The translations under genes were made by a program, and so were the position numbers. Under the pieces are notes generated by a model. It saw only the letters and a list, made by a program, of their open reading frames with translations. It did not search any database and was not told where the DNA came from. A DNA stretch of 55,232 nt from a virus. Its lineage: Duplodnaviria > Caudoviricetes. Location of the stretch: IMG/VR virus record IMGVR_UViG_3300021963_000158, positions 1 through 55,232 of that record, one strand, 5' to 3'. Shown here in pieces: positions 36,427-47,184 of this stretch (position 1 is the first letter of the stretch; the number at the start of each line of letters is the position of its first letter).

Positions 36427-37896
36427 TTATTTTTTTAATCCTGCCAAACTTTTTAGGAAGTCTAGATTGTCGGATTCTTTAACAACTGGATTTTCTAGTG
36501 GCCAATCCATTCCGGTTGCACCATACTCACGTGAGTTGTCCGGTTGTGGACTTGTTTGTGGTGCAAAATTGGTTTGAGCATCACGTCCTGTTTTTTCTAA
36601 AGTTGCTTTTACTTGTGCAAATATAGCTGGCATGTTATCTTGTAACCAGGCTTTGACCAATGGTGTTGCATCTGCGTCGGGGCCTTGCGAACCAGCAAGA
36701 TCTGTAATTTGTGCGTTTAACTCATCGCTACCAATCAATTGGGATAAGTCACTGGTGGCATCCAGGCCGTCCATGCCAACTTTAATTGGGCGTTGCAACA
36801 ATACCTTTAAGGCTTTAACTTTATCTGCTGTGTCCGGAATACTCCAAGTGCCTTCTGTTACTGTGTCTGCCCATTCTTCTAGCTCGCTACCAAGTTGGCC
36901 TGCGGCTTCAGCTTTTTGTTTTTTGTGAGCACGGTATACAATAGGTAGCGCATCAGTAAAACGATCATCGTAGACCTTTTTAACAAAGCGTTCTTTTAAT
37001 GCATCGACGTCGATATCTTCATTGTCCAAATCTTCCGGATGATATCTTTCTTTAAATTCATCGTAGTGACGCTTAGATGCTAGGTGTCGTAGACTGCCTT
37101 TTACTTTTTGGTAATGCTGAATTGCAGATCGTGACATGTCTGCTGTTTCTTGATCTTCAAATTGTCTATTCTTTGTGGCACGCACAAAATGGCGCATTGC
37201 ACTCATTTCGTAGACCATAGTATTAATACATTCTGCAATATCGTCATACATACTACCACCCTCACTGAGGTGGCGTGCCATTGCGCGGGCACCATGCAAG
37301 TTAGTGTGGTCTAAACGGAACCGTTCTCCACGGCCGGTTTCAATGAAAATTGATTCAATTTGACGGCTACGAGAACCATGCACATCATCATTGACCATGC
37401 TGGTATGTTTAATCATTACGCGACATTCGCCCATGTCAGCATAGCTTTTATGCGACGTGCCGTATAAGCGGCTTTCACTCATTGACACATCTTTTGCTGT
37501 TGCTACAATATCTGTTTTAGCTTGTTGTTTAACATCTTGTAATTCTAAATTGGATTTATTAATATCACGAACATCAAACGTTTTAAGTATAGGATGTCGT
37601 TTTGTAAATTTTCTTAAATTTCGCATAAATGCGTACCATTCTAGTCGTTGGTCGCGGTCCATGTTCTTTGTGATATTTTGCGAAAAGTATACTTTTAAAC
37701 TTTTTTCGTCTACTAGACTTAACGTTACCTGACCGTATTCTGTGCCAGATGTGTCAGTATAGGTAAAATTAAAAAATCGTGCCTGGGTGGGATCTTTTGT
37801 GTCATTGGCGGTTTCGTTGCCCAATGTAACAGCAGGAAAACGCGAGCGTACTTTATTAAATAGCTCGTCGGATATGGATTCAATTTCTTTACTCAT
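36427..37896 (-). CDS. conserved phage hypothetical protein, probably virion-associated
   Basis: GERF...HGARAMARH; late motif; C-terminal LKSLAGL. Confidence 0.7.
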   Translation of the reverse strand: MSKEIESISDELFNKVRSRFPAVTLGNETANDTKDPTQARFFNFTYTDTSGTEYGQVTLSLVDEKSLKVYFSQNITKNMDRDQRLEWYAFMRNLRKFTKRHPILKTFDVRDINKSNLELQDVKQQAKTDIVATAKDVSMSESRLYGTSHKSYADMGECRVMIKHTSMVNDDVHGSRSRQIESIFIETGRGERFRLDHTNLHGARAMARHLSEGGSMYDDIAECINTMVYEMSAMRHFVRATKNRQFEDQETADMSRSAIQHYQKVKGSLRHLASKRHYDEFKERYHPEDLDNEDIDVDALKERFVKKVYDDRFTDALPIVYRAHKKQKAEAAGQLGSELEEWADTVTEGTWSIPDTADKVKALKVLLQRPIKVGMDGLDATSDLSQLIGSDELNAQITDLAGSQGPDADATPLVKAWLQDNMPAIFAQVKATLEKTGRDAQTNFAPQTSPQPDNSREYGATGMDWPLENPVVKESDNLDFLKSLAGLKK

Positions 37897-37917
37897 AATA
37901 CTATTTAGTGTTCTTTA

Positions 37918-39486
37918 TTACATTCCGCTTATCATAATAAACGGCATTGGTTCTATAAATGTGTCTGCATTATCCCGCAGTTCTGCATCAAAACTTGCAT
38001 CAAAATTCTGCATAAATTGCACCATGCGTACAACCAACAATGTACTCATTACCAAATCGTCGTGCTCACCAATTTTTGCAGCATAACTTGTTCCGCTGGC
38101 AACAAAGGTTTTTAACTCAGATATTAATGCTTTACTGGCAATGGCCATACGTTTAGTCTCAACCAAACTTTTTAATTTGGCACAGGCTGCAAGTTTTGAT
38201 TTATTGGTTGTAGTAAATCCTTTACGGTGTCTACTGTTTCCGGCTTTTTTGGGCTCGCTTAAGAATATACCTGGAATATTTTCTTCTCCAATTTCGTTGA
38301 TGGCAACCAGGGCTGCTTCGCCCAGGGTATTGTTTTCTACACTATAGTACACGTTGTTGTTGCCCGCGGTATCTGCCAAATACTGACATATTTCTCTAAG
38401 AATAACAACCTGTCTCTGAACAATTGTTTTATTATGGCTCCATTCGCCAACTTGTTTAAATCCTGGTAATTCGAATACCTGTATGGCTGCGGGATCTGAT
38501 CCTGTGCCCAGACTAGGATCTAATCCAACCACGTATGTTCTATCTTTTTCAGGTTTCTTATACCAACGTATTTGTCCCTGTTTTTCAGTTGGATCTATGC
38601 CTGCCATTTCAACTAGGTGTAAAGGATTAATCAACGTTTCATCAAAGATAATAAATTCGCATTCCATTTCTCGACGGAAACGTTCTTCGCCCAACTGCGC
38701 CCGCATGCCCGATGCCCATTTTTCATCACGGTCTGGATGTTCTTGCCATTTGCTACGGTATGCTTTAAATCCGTTGACACCGATATCAGTTTCGTTGCCA
38801 AAATCATCAAAACATTTATTGGCACTACGCCAAATTTGTGCAAACTGGTCTTCATCACTGTTTGGCGTTGATGTAATAATACACTTACCACCTGTACTCA
38901 ACGTAGGTGTAATACTAGTCCAAAACTCACTTGCAATGGTAGGTCTTACAAACGCAAACTCATCACAGTATAATAATGATATACTCATACCACGACCTGT
39001 GTTTTCTGTGGTTGTTTGACTTACAATACGACTACCATTTTCAAAGTCCAACGATCCTTTGTTGTAACTAGTAACTCCTGCCCGGATAAAGTTTGGACAG
39101 TTTTCATATGCATAACGGATACGTTGCATGATCTCTTGTGCGCCAAGGTATTTGTGTGCGGCCACTAGGATGGTCGAATCAGGGATAAACATTGCATACC
39201 ATAGCAAGTACCCTGCAGCCGATGTTGACTTACCAGTCTGTCGCGGCATCATTGATATCGAATAACGGTAGTTATGGTAAGTGTGTAATAACTTTTTTTG
39301 GTATTCAAACGGATGATATTGAATACTACCCTTGGTTGGATGTTGGATGTAAAAGTAATTATCCATAAAATATTCTGGCCCAGAGTCTGGGTCAGCACAT
39401 TTAGCAATCTCCCGAATTTGTTGTTCGGTATAAGACATCTTTTGATAAGGTGTCTTGATAATTGCTGATTCTAGGTCTTTACTCAT
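37918..39486 (-). CDS. terminase large subunit (gp17-like)
   Basis: PRQTGKST, LLYCDEFAFV, TSTPN, GLDPS, HDDLVM. Confidence 0.96.
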   Translation of the reverse strand: MSKDLESAIIKTPYQKMSYTEQQIREIAKCADPDSGPEYFMDNYFYIQHPTKGSIQYHPFEYQKKLLHTYHNYRYSISMMPRQTGKSTSAAGYLLWYAMFIPDSTILVAAHKYLGAQEIMQRIRYAYENCPNFIRAGVTSYNKGSLDFENGSRIVSQTTTENTGRGMSISLLYCDEFAFVRPTIASEFWTSITPTLSTGGKCIITSTPNSDEDQFAQIWRSANKCFDDFGNETDIGVNGFKAYRSKWQEHPDRDEKWASGMRAQLGEERFRREMECEFIIFDETLINPLHLVEMAGIDPTEKQGQIRWYKKPEKDRTYVVGLDPSLGTGSDPAAIQVFELPGFKQVGEWSHNKTIVQRQVVILREICQYLADTAGNNNVYYSVENNTLGEAALVAINEIGEENIPGIFLSEPKKAGNSRHRKGFTTTNKSKLAACAKLKSLVETKRMAIASKALISELKTFVASGTSYAAKIGEHDDLVMSTLLVVRMVQFMQNFDASFDAELRDNADTFIEPMPFIMISGM

Positions 39487-39546
39487 AATGAAGTTTTGTA
39501 TATAATATAAGTATATTTAACATCAATCAGAAAACGGTAAATCAAA

Positions 39547-40080
39547 ATGTCAGATACCTTGTTGCTAAACAGTAACTATGAACCAATCAGCATCTTGCCA
39601 TTGAGTGTAATCAATTGGCAACATGCAATCAAATTAATGTACTTGGGTCGTGTTCATGTACTTGAAACATATCCAAATTGGTTAATTCACAGTGAGCATA
39701 TAACCATCAATGTTCCCAGTGTCTGTGTAACAAAAGAATACTTTCATTACAAGAAGAATGTTAAGTTTAGTAGATATAACATGTATATGCGCGACCTGTT
39801 TAAGTGTCAGTACTGCGATGATGTATTTGACTTCGACGAACTAACCATTGATCATGTAGTGCCTCGTTCTGAGGGCGGTACTACTAAATGGGAAAACTGT
39901 GTAACTGCATGTAAACCTTGTAATCACCGCAAAGGCTCGAGTACTAAAATTAAACCAATGGTTAAACCTTATAAGCCAGACTACTACAGTCTTGTTAACC
40001 GCTGGAAGGAAATGCCCTTTACTGTAAAGCAAGAATCATGGAATCAGTATCTAGGAATTAAACGCCCGGTTGCTGCGTAG
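39547..40080 (+). CDS. HNH endonuclease (McrA-like)
   Basis: RDLFKCQYC, TIDHVVPRSEGG, CVTACKPCNHRK. Confidence 0.92.
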   Translation: MSDTLLLNSNYEPISILPLSVINWQHAIKLMYLGRVHVLETYPNWLIHSEHITINVPSVCVTKEYFHYKKNVKFSRYNMYMRDLFKCQYCDDVFDFDELTIDHVVPRSEGGTTKWENCVTACKPCNHRKGSSTKIKPMVKPYKPDYYSLVNRWKEMPFTVKQESWNQYLGIKRPVAA

Positions 40081-40450
40081 GCAGGCGGTATTGAGGATTC
40101 TTTTCTAGATACGCTTCAACGTGATCTTTAAGACTTCCATTTAAAAATGGTTTAGTAAAGTTAATTATAAACCAAAGGTCGGAACCTGGCATTGCATGAT
40201 ATTCACGCTCCATGTTCCTTCTTTCTTGTGCGGTGTTACTTATGTTACTACCAACCGGACTTTCAATACCTGCGTCAATTGCCTGTGGAACTGTGTTTTG
40301 TCCAGTGTACATGCCAGCTTCGGCTTCTGTGATTGGCATTCCTGCCAGTCGTTTTAATTCGTTTAAATCCGCTAGGTCCATAACTGCGTCTTGTTCCCCA
40401 GTCTCACCTTGAGGAACAAAATGTTCGCTGGTTATGCGATACTGTTTCAT
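40058..40450 (-). CDS. hypothetical protein
   Basis: ORF; LNELKRLAGM motif. Confidence 0.7.
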   Translation of the reverse strand: MKQYRITSEHFVPQGETGEQDAVMDLADLNELKRLAGMPITEAEAGMYTGQNTVPQAIDAGIESPVGSNISNTAQERRNMEREYHAMPGSDLWFIINFTKPFLNGSLKDHVEAYLEKNPQYRLPTQQPGV

Positions 40451-40839
40451 CTTAGTTTAGTAATAGCACCAACTTTGCGTGTCGGGCTCACTCGATGTAT
40501 TTCCGGCGATTCAATGCTTGCTTTTTCTCTGCTGACTTGATGTTTACTGTGATCGCCGACATGTGTGGCAGCATTGTCAATCATTTCTTCTTCTATGGGA
40601 TGGTACGGACTAGCCACCGGATTACCTGCGGCCCAGTTCTCATCTCCTAAATTCATACTTTCAACATTGCCTGCGCCGGCACCCGCAATGGCTTTCATAA
40701 ACTGTGAATGTTTATATGCGCTACCGTGATACATGTTTTGATCAGGCATGGTAAAAGTATTGCTCATTGATTTTTCAACGCCATCGTCGATGACATTCTT
40801 TTTCATACCAGATTCAGTGATGATGTCTTTGATTTTCAT
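40447..40839 (-). CDS. putative internal head protein
   Basis: MKIKDIITE N-terminus. Confidence 0.65.
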   Translation of the reverse strand: MKIKDIITESGMKKNVIDDGVEKSMSNTFTMPDQNMYHGSAYKHSQFMKAIAGAGAGNVESMNLGDENWAAGNPVASPYHPIEEEMIDNAATHVGDHSKHQVSREKASIESPEIHRVSPTRKVGAITKLR

Positions 40840-41210
40840 TTTTTCTTCTTGTTAAGTGCAATAGGTTCCCGACCTCTGGCAATACTTTGTTTATTGATCA
40901 TATCCATCTCTTGAGATTTTTTACCTGAGATTTTAGCAGGTGTAATTCCCATTCCTTTGGCAGCAAATTCAATTTTTTCTGCATCTGCGCTGGTGTACGC
41001 CAGTGTAATAAGCTGACCACCAATTGGGCCAACATCTGCGGTTTCAATATCCGGAGACCCGGCTAGCAATAATCCAAATCGATATTGTAGATACGGAACA
41101 TTACCGTTATCTAGGTCGGGCCAAGACTGAGCACCAGTTGCACCTTTTTGGAACGATTTACGTAGTTGTGTGCCTTTTGCGTTTTCAGTTACAATTTCAT
41201 TAATTTTCAT
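40836..41210 (-). CDS. putative internal head protein, paralog of 40447-40839
   Basis: MKINEIVTE N-terminus. Confidence 0.65.
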   Translation of the reverse strand: MKINEIVTENAKGTQLRKSFQKGATGAQSWPDLDNGNVPYLQYRFGLLLAGSPDIETADVGPIGGQLITLAYTSADAEKIEFAAKGMGITPAKISGKKSQEMDMINKQSIARGREPIALNKKKK

Positions 41211-41213
41211 ATA

Positions 41214-41747
41214 TTACCATGCCCTGCAAGACCAATAACGTGCTTTGGTACGGGGACCAGGATTAGCACAATTATGTCTAGCGCGAAAGCTCTTGCGGTG
41301 CTTGGGGCTAGTCTTTTTGATACGCATTTTTTTATCACCAAAGTTCACTTTAATTATTTTTCCCGTCTTGGGATTTTTTACATAAACTTTAGATTTTTTA
41401 ACATCACCGGCCATTGGTTTACCTAGCGGTACATTTCGGCCTTGATATTCAGCTTCGTCAACCTCGTCTTCAATCTCAACAATAGCGTTATCTGAAACTT
41501 TCTTGTTAATAAAGTCGTACACACTAGACGCTTTATCACTGTCGCTTTCTAATAGTATTCCTGTTGCAGTTAATATTTCAAGCACTGATTCATTGACAGC
41601 AATGACTATGCCATCGTCAACCAATTCAATGACTTCGGATTCTACCAATGACAATTCATCAATGATTAAATCAAAGTAATCACCCACCACTGGGTTGTGG
41701 CTAGCGTACTCTGCTTCTGACAAATAATCTGTTAAAGATTTTTTCAT
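41214..41747 (-). CDS. conserved phage protein with basic C-terminal domain
   Basis: KVNFGD...RKSFRARHNC...ARYWSCRAW. Confidence 0.75.
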   Translation of the reverse strand: MKKSLTDYLSEAEYASHNPVVGDYFDLIIDELSLVESEVIELVDDGIVIAVNESVLEILTATGILLESDSDKASSVYDFINKKVSDNAIVEIEDEVDEAEYQGRNVPLGKPMAGDVKKSKVYVKNPKTGKIIKVNFGDKKMRIKKTSPKHRKSFRARHNCANPGPRTKARYWSCRAW

Positions 41748-43708
41748 CGTACAGACTTTTTAATGCTTTCGTACTCCGCGGCTAATTGTGCTTCAAGCGC
41801 AATAACAGCTTCATTGGCAGGCTTTGCCAATGCATTATCGCCGTTGTTCATTGTAGGACGATCTGGGTGCATAGCTTTCTCGCCGTTGTCACCTTCGCCG
41901 GGGCCCATTGTGCTGGCTCTCATTGAGTAGTATTTTTCATCAGGGGCATTAACTGGGTTTGCACCTGCATCGTCGACTTCAATGCCTTCGTCGGCAACAA
42001 CATCCATTTGCGGCTCACCAACTTCGGGTTGTGACATTTGGCCTGCACCGCCGCCTAGGCCGGCCAATGCCAACATCTGCATTAGTGCTTCAGCTTCTGC
42101 ACCATTGGCTGTAACTGTAACACTCTTGTCACCGTTACTACTCATGTTTGTACTAACGTTAATATTGCTGTTGGAATCATCTTCCATACCACATTCTTCC
42201 ATGCCTTCTTCTTTGACAGGAAGATTTTGTCCGCCTGTGGTAATACGTTGTTGGCTGTTAGGAATGTCATCTAATTTCTTTTGACGAACCTCGTTGCCAT
42301 ATGCATTACCTTCGTCGGCCATTGTTGCACCGGTAATTTTATCTGCATAAGTGATTTCGTCTTTGGGTTCTGCTAATGCAGCAAACTTGGCTTTATCAAC
42401 ATTCTCGGCCACAGTTAACCCGGCCAAACGTGCTAGTTCATTTAATTCTTCATCTTCATTATAATGATTGCCACCAACTTGTTGCTTTAGTGGATCTAGA
42501 ATTTTGTCATCATCAGGGTGTCCAACTACGTCCATGAACTTTTTACCCATTGACTTGGCTCGGTCTAAGAATGTAGGTTGTGGTGCAGGGCTTGCAGGGA
42601 ATTGTGGTGCAAAACTATCACCACGTTGTGCAGCTTCATCGGCAACCATTCTACCATGTGCGCCTTTGATTTCCATGCAATCACGCAACAGTTCACTCAT
42701 GTGCCCTGTTTCTTTGAATGTATTCATGTCATCGCTTAATTCACCCAACATCTCTTCAACTGTTTGATGTTTTTCTCTAAGCATAGATTGTAAGTTAACA
42801 CCTTCGGAAATGCGGCTTAATTTTGTACTCATTGTCTTTAAACTTTCGTCCATAGAATGTACTACGCCTTTCTTACCTTTTGGTGGCTCACCAGGAACAC
42901 GACCAAACGGATCATTAAATTTCTTACCAAACTGTGGTAGGCTTGCTGCGGATCTTTCGCTGTCGGCTTTCTTTGGGCGACCACGTTGTCCTGCGGGATT
43001 CTTCGCTTTAACTGGAGTTGCGCCAGTAAAGTCTGGGTCATTGTAATAGCTACGTCCGTATGTATCTGGACCTTTGGTTACAGTCTCTCCCACTGGGCCA
43101 CGTGTGTCCGGAATGCCAGCAGCTTTATAAGCATCTTCGCGATCACTGTAACCCGGAATGCCGGACTTCATATCTTTGGTTGCTTTACCGATTGCGGCTT
43201 TTTCTTTTGCAGAAGCATTGCTGGCATTAACATGTTTCATCGTAGATCGAGCTTGATGACTAGTTTCTTGACACGTGCCAGCTTCGCACATCACACACTC
43301 ATCCATTTCTGGTTTGCCATACAAGTGAGTAGTAGATCCCATTGGGCTCACGACGTGAGCTTCGTCAAATACTTGGCTCGTAGAATAACCGTCTTCTTCT
43401 GGATTCGGAACATTATTGTTAATCCACATCTGTGCTTGTTGTTCGTTGGAAAACGGTCCGGCAACACGATCTGCATCGCCGGATCTTAATTCTTGTGTGA
43501 CATACCATCCAGGCGCTTGGCTTTCATTAAATTGCTTTGCTAACTTGGCCTCGACTCGGTCAACACCACTAAGGATAGATCCTTGAGCTTCAACACTTTC
43601 GTAGATACGTTTAACTGTGTCTGCACGAGTTTGGTCCGGTGTAGGCTTTAGTGCATTTAGTTTGCCTAAGATGCTGTAAATGTTATCGTGTGGGTGATTC
43701 TGGCTCAT
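41744..43708 (-). CDS. acidic low-complexity protein, putative head core/scaffold-associated
   Basis: 654 aa; AT-hook RGRPKK; two LAGL motifs. Confidence 0.65.
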   Translation of the reverse strand: MSQNHPHDNIYSILGKLNALKPTPDQTRADTVKRIYESVEAQGSILSGVDRVEAKLAKQFNESQAPGWYVTQELRSGDADRVAGPFSNEQQAQMWINNNVPNPEEDGYSTSQVFDEAHVVSPMGSTTHLYGKPEMDECVMCEAGTCQETSHQARSTMKHVNASNASAKEKAAIGKATKDMKSGIPGYSDREDAYKAAGIPDTRGPVGETVTKGPDTYGRSYYNDPDFTGATPVKAKNPAGQRGRPKKADSERSAASLPQFGKKFNDPFGRVPGEPPKGKKGVVHSMDESLKTMSTKLSRISEGVNLQSMLREKHQTVEEMLGELSDDMNTFKETGHMSELLRDCMEIKGAHGRMVADEAAQRGDSFAPQFPASPAPQPTFLDRAKSMGKKFMDVVGHPDDDKILDPLKQQVGGNHYNEDEELNELARLAGLTVAENVDKAKFAALAEPKDEITYADKITGATMADEGNAYGNEVRQKKLDDIPNSQQRITTGGQNLPVKEEGMEECGMEDDSNSNINVSTNMSSNGDKSVTVTANGAEAEALMQMLALAGLGGGAGQMSQPEVGEPQMDVVADEGIEVDDAGANPVNAPDEKYYSMRASTMGPGEGDNGEKAMHPDRPTMNNGDNALAKPANEAVIALEAQLAAEYESIKKSVR

Positions 43709-44301
43709 TATTTCTTTCCTTTTAAGGGATTATACATTTTATTCTGTTGAGTCATTGGACTTGCGCTACCAGTTGGAACAGAGTTTGTGTCTTTAACTGC
43801 TTCAGTGTTTGGTGAAGCATATTCAAACTTACGGCTTTCTAATTCTTTTAACAAACTGCCGATGCGACTTTGACCTGCCAGGGGCTGACCGTCGGCGTCA
43901 CATTTTAAATCAGGTTGTTCAAGCAATGCGCCAGTGTTATCTGTGCCATATGCTTCAGCTTCGTCTGTGTAGTTTGCTTCGTTCAAGTTGCGAACACAAA
44001 TCCAATCAGGATTTATTTGAGCACGTTCTTTGATCAATTGGCGTACTGTTACTGTGGTGGCAGGGTAGGCAACTTTAACATCAAATTGCCAGCACTCGCA
44101 AGGGCCGCCCCACTGTGGGAATTCTCTGTGTTCTTGTATTGGAAGGCTTTTCACTGGGCTAACGCTTTCAAGTTGGAAAGACTCAAGGGCATGTTTAATC
44201 TTGTCCATGACCTCACCTTGTGGGTTAACACCGGCCAACTTAATGCGGAATTCATACGGCTTGCTAAGTTCGTATATGTAAGTTTGGAATGGTTTCATCA
44301 T
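43708..44301 (-). CDS. hypothetical virion-associated protein
   Basis: MKPFQTYIYE N-terminus; TAAATA upstream. Confidence 0.7.
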   Translation of the reverse strand: MMKPFQTYIYELSKPYEFRIKLAGVNPQGEVMDKIKHALESFQLESVSPVKSLPIQEHREFPQWGGPCECWQFDVKVAYPATTVTVRQLIKERAQINPDWICVRNLNEANYTDEAEAYGTDNTGALLEQPDLKCDADGQPLAGQSRIGSLLKELESRKFEYASPNTEAVKDTNSVPTGSASPMTQQNKMYNPLKGKK

Positions 44302-44335
44302 TATAATCCTATATTCTATATTTAGTCGAAAAGAC

Positions 44336-44827
44336 TTATTTGTCTTGCTTGCCTAATATCTGTTTAAGCAGTTCGTTGCGATCTAAAACAATGCCTTGTC
44401 CCTCAATTGGGGCATCGCTTTCCGCAGCTTTGCCTGCGTCTTTTTTAACTTGGTGATCATGCTTGGCTTTGGCTAACTGTAGCTGTACCATTTTTAGCTT
44501 TTTATCTAATTTTGCTGTTTTAGCAGTGATACTGTGCCCAAACATTTGACTTGCTGTTTGTAATATAACACCGGCAAAGCGTGGATCTACATTCATCCCC
44601 AGATCAATTAAATCTTGTGCTCGATCTTTGGCTAGTGCGGCTAGTTCATCTAGTTCTTGATCTCCGGTATCTAGGTCATGGACTCCGGGTAGTGCAGCAT
44701 CAATTTTATCAATTGCTGAATTTACTTCAGACAACAATAATTTGTTTTCCTCTATCATAGCCGCAGATTCTTCAGGCGTAGCATCAAAGCTAGGTAGGTT
44801 TAACAGTTCTTCAAGTTTTTTGGTCAT
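44336..44827 (-). CDS. hypothetical protein, possible terminase small subunit
   Basis: helical/coiled-coil, size and context only. Confidence 0.45.
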   Translation of the reverse strand: MTKKLEELLNLPSFDATPEESAAMIEENKLLLSEVNSAIDKIDAALPGVHDLDTGDQELDELAALAKDRAQDLIDLGMNVDPRFAGVILQTASQMFGHSITAKTAKLDKKLKMVQLQLAKAKHDHQVKKDAGKAAESDAPIEGQGIVLDRNELLKQILGKQDK

Positions 44828-44835
44828 ACCAATAT

Positions 44836-45270
44836 TTATTTGGCACGGCCCTGGTGGAACAAATCATTTTCCGTGATAATACGGAATTTAACGTTGTTGG
44901 CCTTGCACCAAGCACTTGCGGCCTGCCATTTGGACATATTAAGTATGGCTGCCGCTTTGTCCCTAACAGATTTAGCATTTTCCAATGTGGTTTCTTTTGA
45001 GGGTTTGATTTCCCACAATTCCCCGTGTTGTGTGCCACCAGCATCAACAAATGTTACAAAGAAATCAGGTATGTATATTGTGTTCTTTCCTGTAAATGGA
45101 TTGCGATAGTTGATGTGTATGGCTTCGTTGGCCCATTGTAGGATGGCAGGATTGTTGTCACACATGGTCATTACACTATGTTCCCAGCTACTGCGGTAAT
45201 GGGGAGTTTTTTTACCTACATATTTTTGTGGATTCTTCATCTGAAAGAACCCATTGGCATACTTGCTCAT
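44836..45270 (-). CDS. head completion nuclease (T4 gp4-like, TnsA fold)
   Basis: YRSSWE, YIPDF, EIKP, KWQAA, FRIITE. Confidence 0.9.
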   Translation of the reverse strand: MSKYANGFFQMKNPQKYVGKKTPHYRSSWEHSVMTMCDNNPAILQWANEAIHINYRNPFTGKNTIYIPDFFVTFVDAGGTQHGELWEIKPSKETTLENAKSVRDKAAAILNMSKWQAASAWCKANNVKFRIITENDLFHQGRAK

Positions 45271-45659
45271 ACTAGTATTGTTCGTTGAATTAACGGATTA
45301 GTCTTACTTGAATTTTTAATACCAATGATACTGGTTGGTATTCTATTGATGTTTAAGAACGCAGCCAGATATGCATTTAACTGTCCTTTGGGCAATTTCT
45401 TAAAGTCTGTTAATACCTGCATTGGATTTATTTGCTGTGCCAACGCTGTGTACAGTACTGCGGCGGCCAAGTTTTCAGCGGCGGCTTTGTTACTGGTATA
45501 TTCTTCAAAGAAAGCAACAATAGCATCGTTGGCGGGTCCTGTACTTAAATCTACAGAAAAAAGATTATTGAAATATTTGTTTGCGTTGGCATTTGCAGCC
45601 ACTGCTGATACATTAGGGCCTACTACGTTAGTTGCTGTTGTTGTTTGAATGTTTGCCAT
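45267..45659 (-). CDS. hypothetical structural protein
   Basis: ORF in tail module. Confidence 0.65.
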   Translation of the reverse strand: MANIQTTTATNVVGPNVSAVAANANANKYFNNLFSVDLSTGPANDAIVAFFEEYTSNKAAAENLAAAVLYTALAQQINPMQVLTDFKKLPKGQLNAYLAAFLNINRIPTSIIGIKNSSKTNPLIQRTILV

Positions 45660-45660
45660 A

Positions 45661-47118
45661 TTAGAAATCTCCCCATGTTATCGAAGATGCATCGTACGGG
45701 CCAATGCTATTAGCAAACTGCCAATCTCTGAATCCGCTGACCACCGATGTACTTATATTATTCCAGGCTAGTTCTAACGGCTTTGATACAAAATCACTAA
45801 CTGCGCCCGACACAGTTTTACCAAGTTCATTTAAGTACGGTGTGGTAAATTCTTGTATCTTCTGTGATGCATAACTTACGCCAATACCGACTGCCATGTT
45901 AGTTGCTGTGGTCAGCAATGCTTTAGGATTAGTTAGACCTTGCGCCACTAATCCAACAATAGCACTACCATTTGGTCCAAGGCCTTGTGCAATGCTGCCA
46001 ACCACTTTATTGCTTAATTGGCCGGTTAATGATCCGGCCAAGTTAGTTGCCCCAGCAGATAGTTGTTGAGATATGCTTGCACCAGTCGGCAGTCCGGATG
46101 GTAGGTTACCCAAACTTGGTATACTAAATCCGCCAACGTTTACTCCACTGTTAAAAGTAGAATAACTAGTACCACCCAATAAGTTAGTGCTACCCAGGCT
46201 AGTAATACCAGTTAGGGTGCTGTTAAACAACGGTGCGGAAATAGTTTTAAATAAATTTGCTGTTGCCAAATCTGTAATCTTATCCGTGGCATGTGCAAAT
46301 CCTCCATTGTTGTTGTCAATCAAATCTGTGCCGTCTTCGGGACTAATAGGACTTGGTTGATTATCGTAGTGTAAATCAATATACCCACCAACTGTGTTGG
46401 ACGTGGTGTAGCCTGTGTAATACTTTACAGTTTCAAACTGTACACTCATTGAGTGCTGTAGTAAACTTGTGTTCTCGCCATTGGCGTGTTCGCCATGATC
46501 AAATTTAGTAATTGTAGGATTAATTAATTCGTACTCTGAGAAATTCTTTTGGTATAAACTATAAATTCGAATAGCCTGTATGTATTGATAGGGTTGGCTA
46601 CCATTGGCATTGTTATATCCTACTGTGGCCTTGGGACTGTATCCCCAATCAAAACTTGGACGATTTTGATATTTGTGAGGACTCGAGTAGGTTGAATCGG
46701 CATAGTCTGGATCACGATAATAAAAGTTATAATAATCAAACCAGAAGTTTCTTACATTGTCGGCCTGGTCGTCATGGAATACAATACTAATTGGATCGTA
46801 TTTAATTTTGTTCTGTACAATGTTTACACGATTGTAGGCATTGTGAGTTTTTGTTTCTACTGAATATTTTGGTAACGTAACATTCTTAACAATCATTCCC
46901 AACTCTTGCGCTGTGGTATTACTAAGGCTGGTAATTAAGGGATTAAAATCAAACTCTACGTAAAATAAGAAGCCGTATTTTGGGCTTAGTCTATAATCAG
47001 CATCTGTGAAGATACGTGCGGCATGTTGGTAACTGCGTAGCGTTACTGCGCCACGGTCGCCGTTATTCATATTGGCCACAAAGCCGCCTGCAGGTCTAAG
47101 ATACTTATTAATACTCAT
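45661..47118 (-). CDS. tail-tube-like baseplate protein (tube initiator-like)
   Basis: VTLPKY, YNR, YDPISIVFHDD; next to the tail tube gene. Confidence 0.7.
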   Translation of the reverse strand: MSINKYLRPAGGFVANMNNGDRGAVTLRSYQHAARIFTDADYRLSPKYGFLFYVEFDFNPLITSLSNTTAQELGMIVKNVTLPKYSVETKTHNAYNRVNIVQNKIKYDPISIVFHDDQADNVRNFWFDYYNFYYRDPDYADSTYSSPHKYQNRPSFDWGYSPKATVGYNNANGSQPYQYIQAIRIYSLYQKNFSEYELINPTITKFDHGEHANGENTSLLQHSMSVQFETVKYYTGYTTSNTVGGYIDLHYDNQPSPISPEDGTDLIDNNNGGFAHATDKITDLATANLFKTISAPLFNSTLTGITSLGSTNLLGGTSYSTFNSGVNVGGFSIPSLGNLPSGLPTGASISQQLSAGATNLAGSLTGQLSNKVVGSIAQGLGPNGSAIVGLVAQGLTNPKALLTTATNMAVGIGVSYASQKIQEFTTPYLNELGKTVSGAVSDFVSKPLELAWNNISTSVVSGFRDWQFANSIGPYDASSITWGDF

Positions 47119-47135
47119 ATTAATTATTTAGCCCA

Positions 47136-47170
47136 TAAAAAAACCTGGGTTTTTTAGTCCCAGGTTTTTA
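47136..47170 (-). terminator. intrinsic terminator after tail tube gene
   Basis: AAAAACCTGGG-ACTAAAAAA-CCCAGGTTTTTTT. Confidence 0.8.
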
Positions 47171-47184
47171 TTAGTCGCTGTATT

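Noticed and set aside
37918-39486. Intein or intron in terminase (also checked in uvsX)
   Set aside because: Normal lengths and no splicing motifs.
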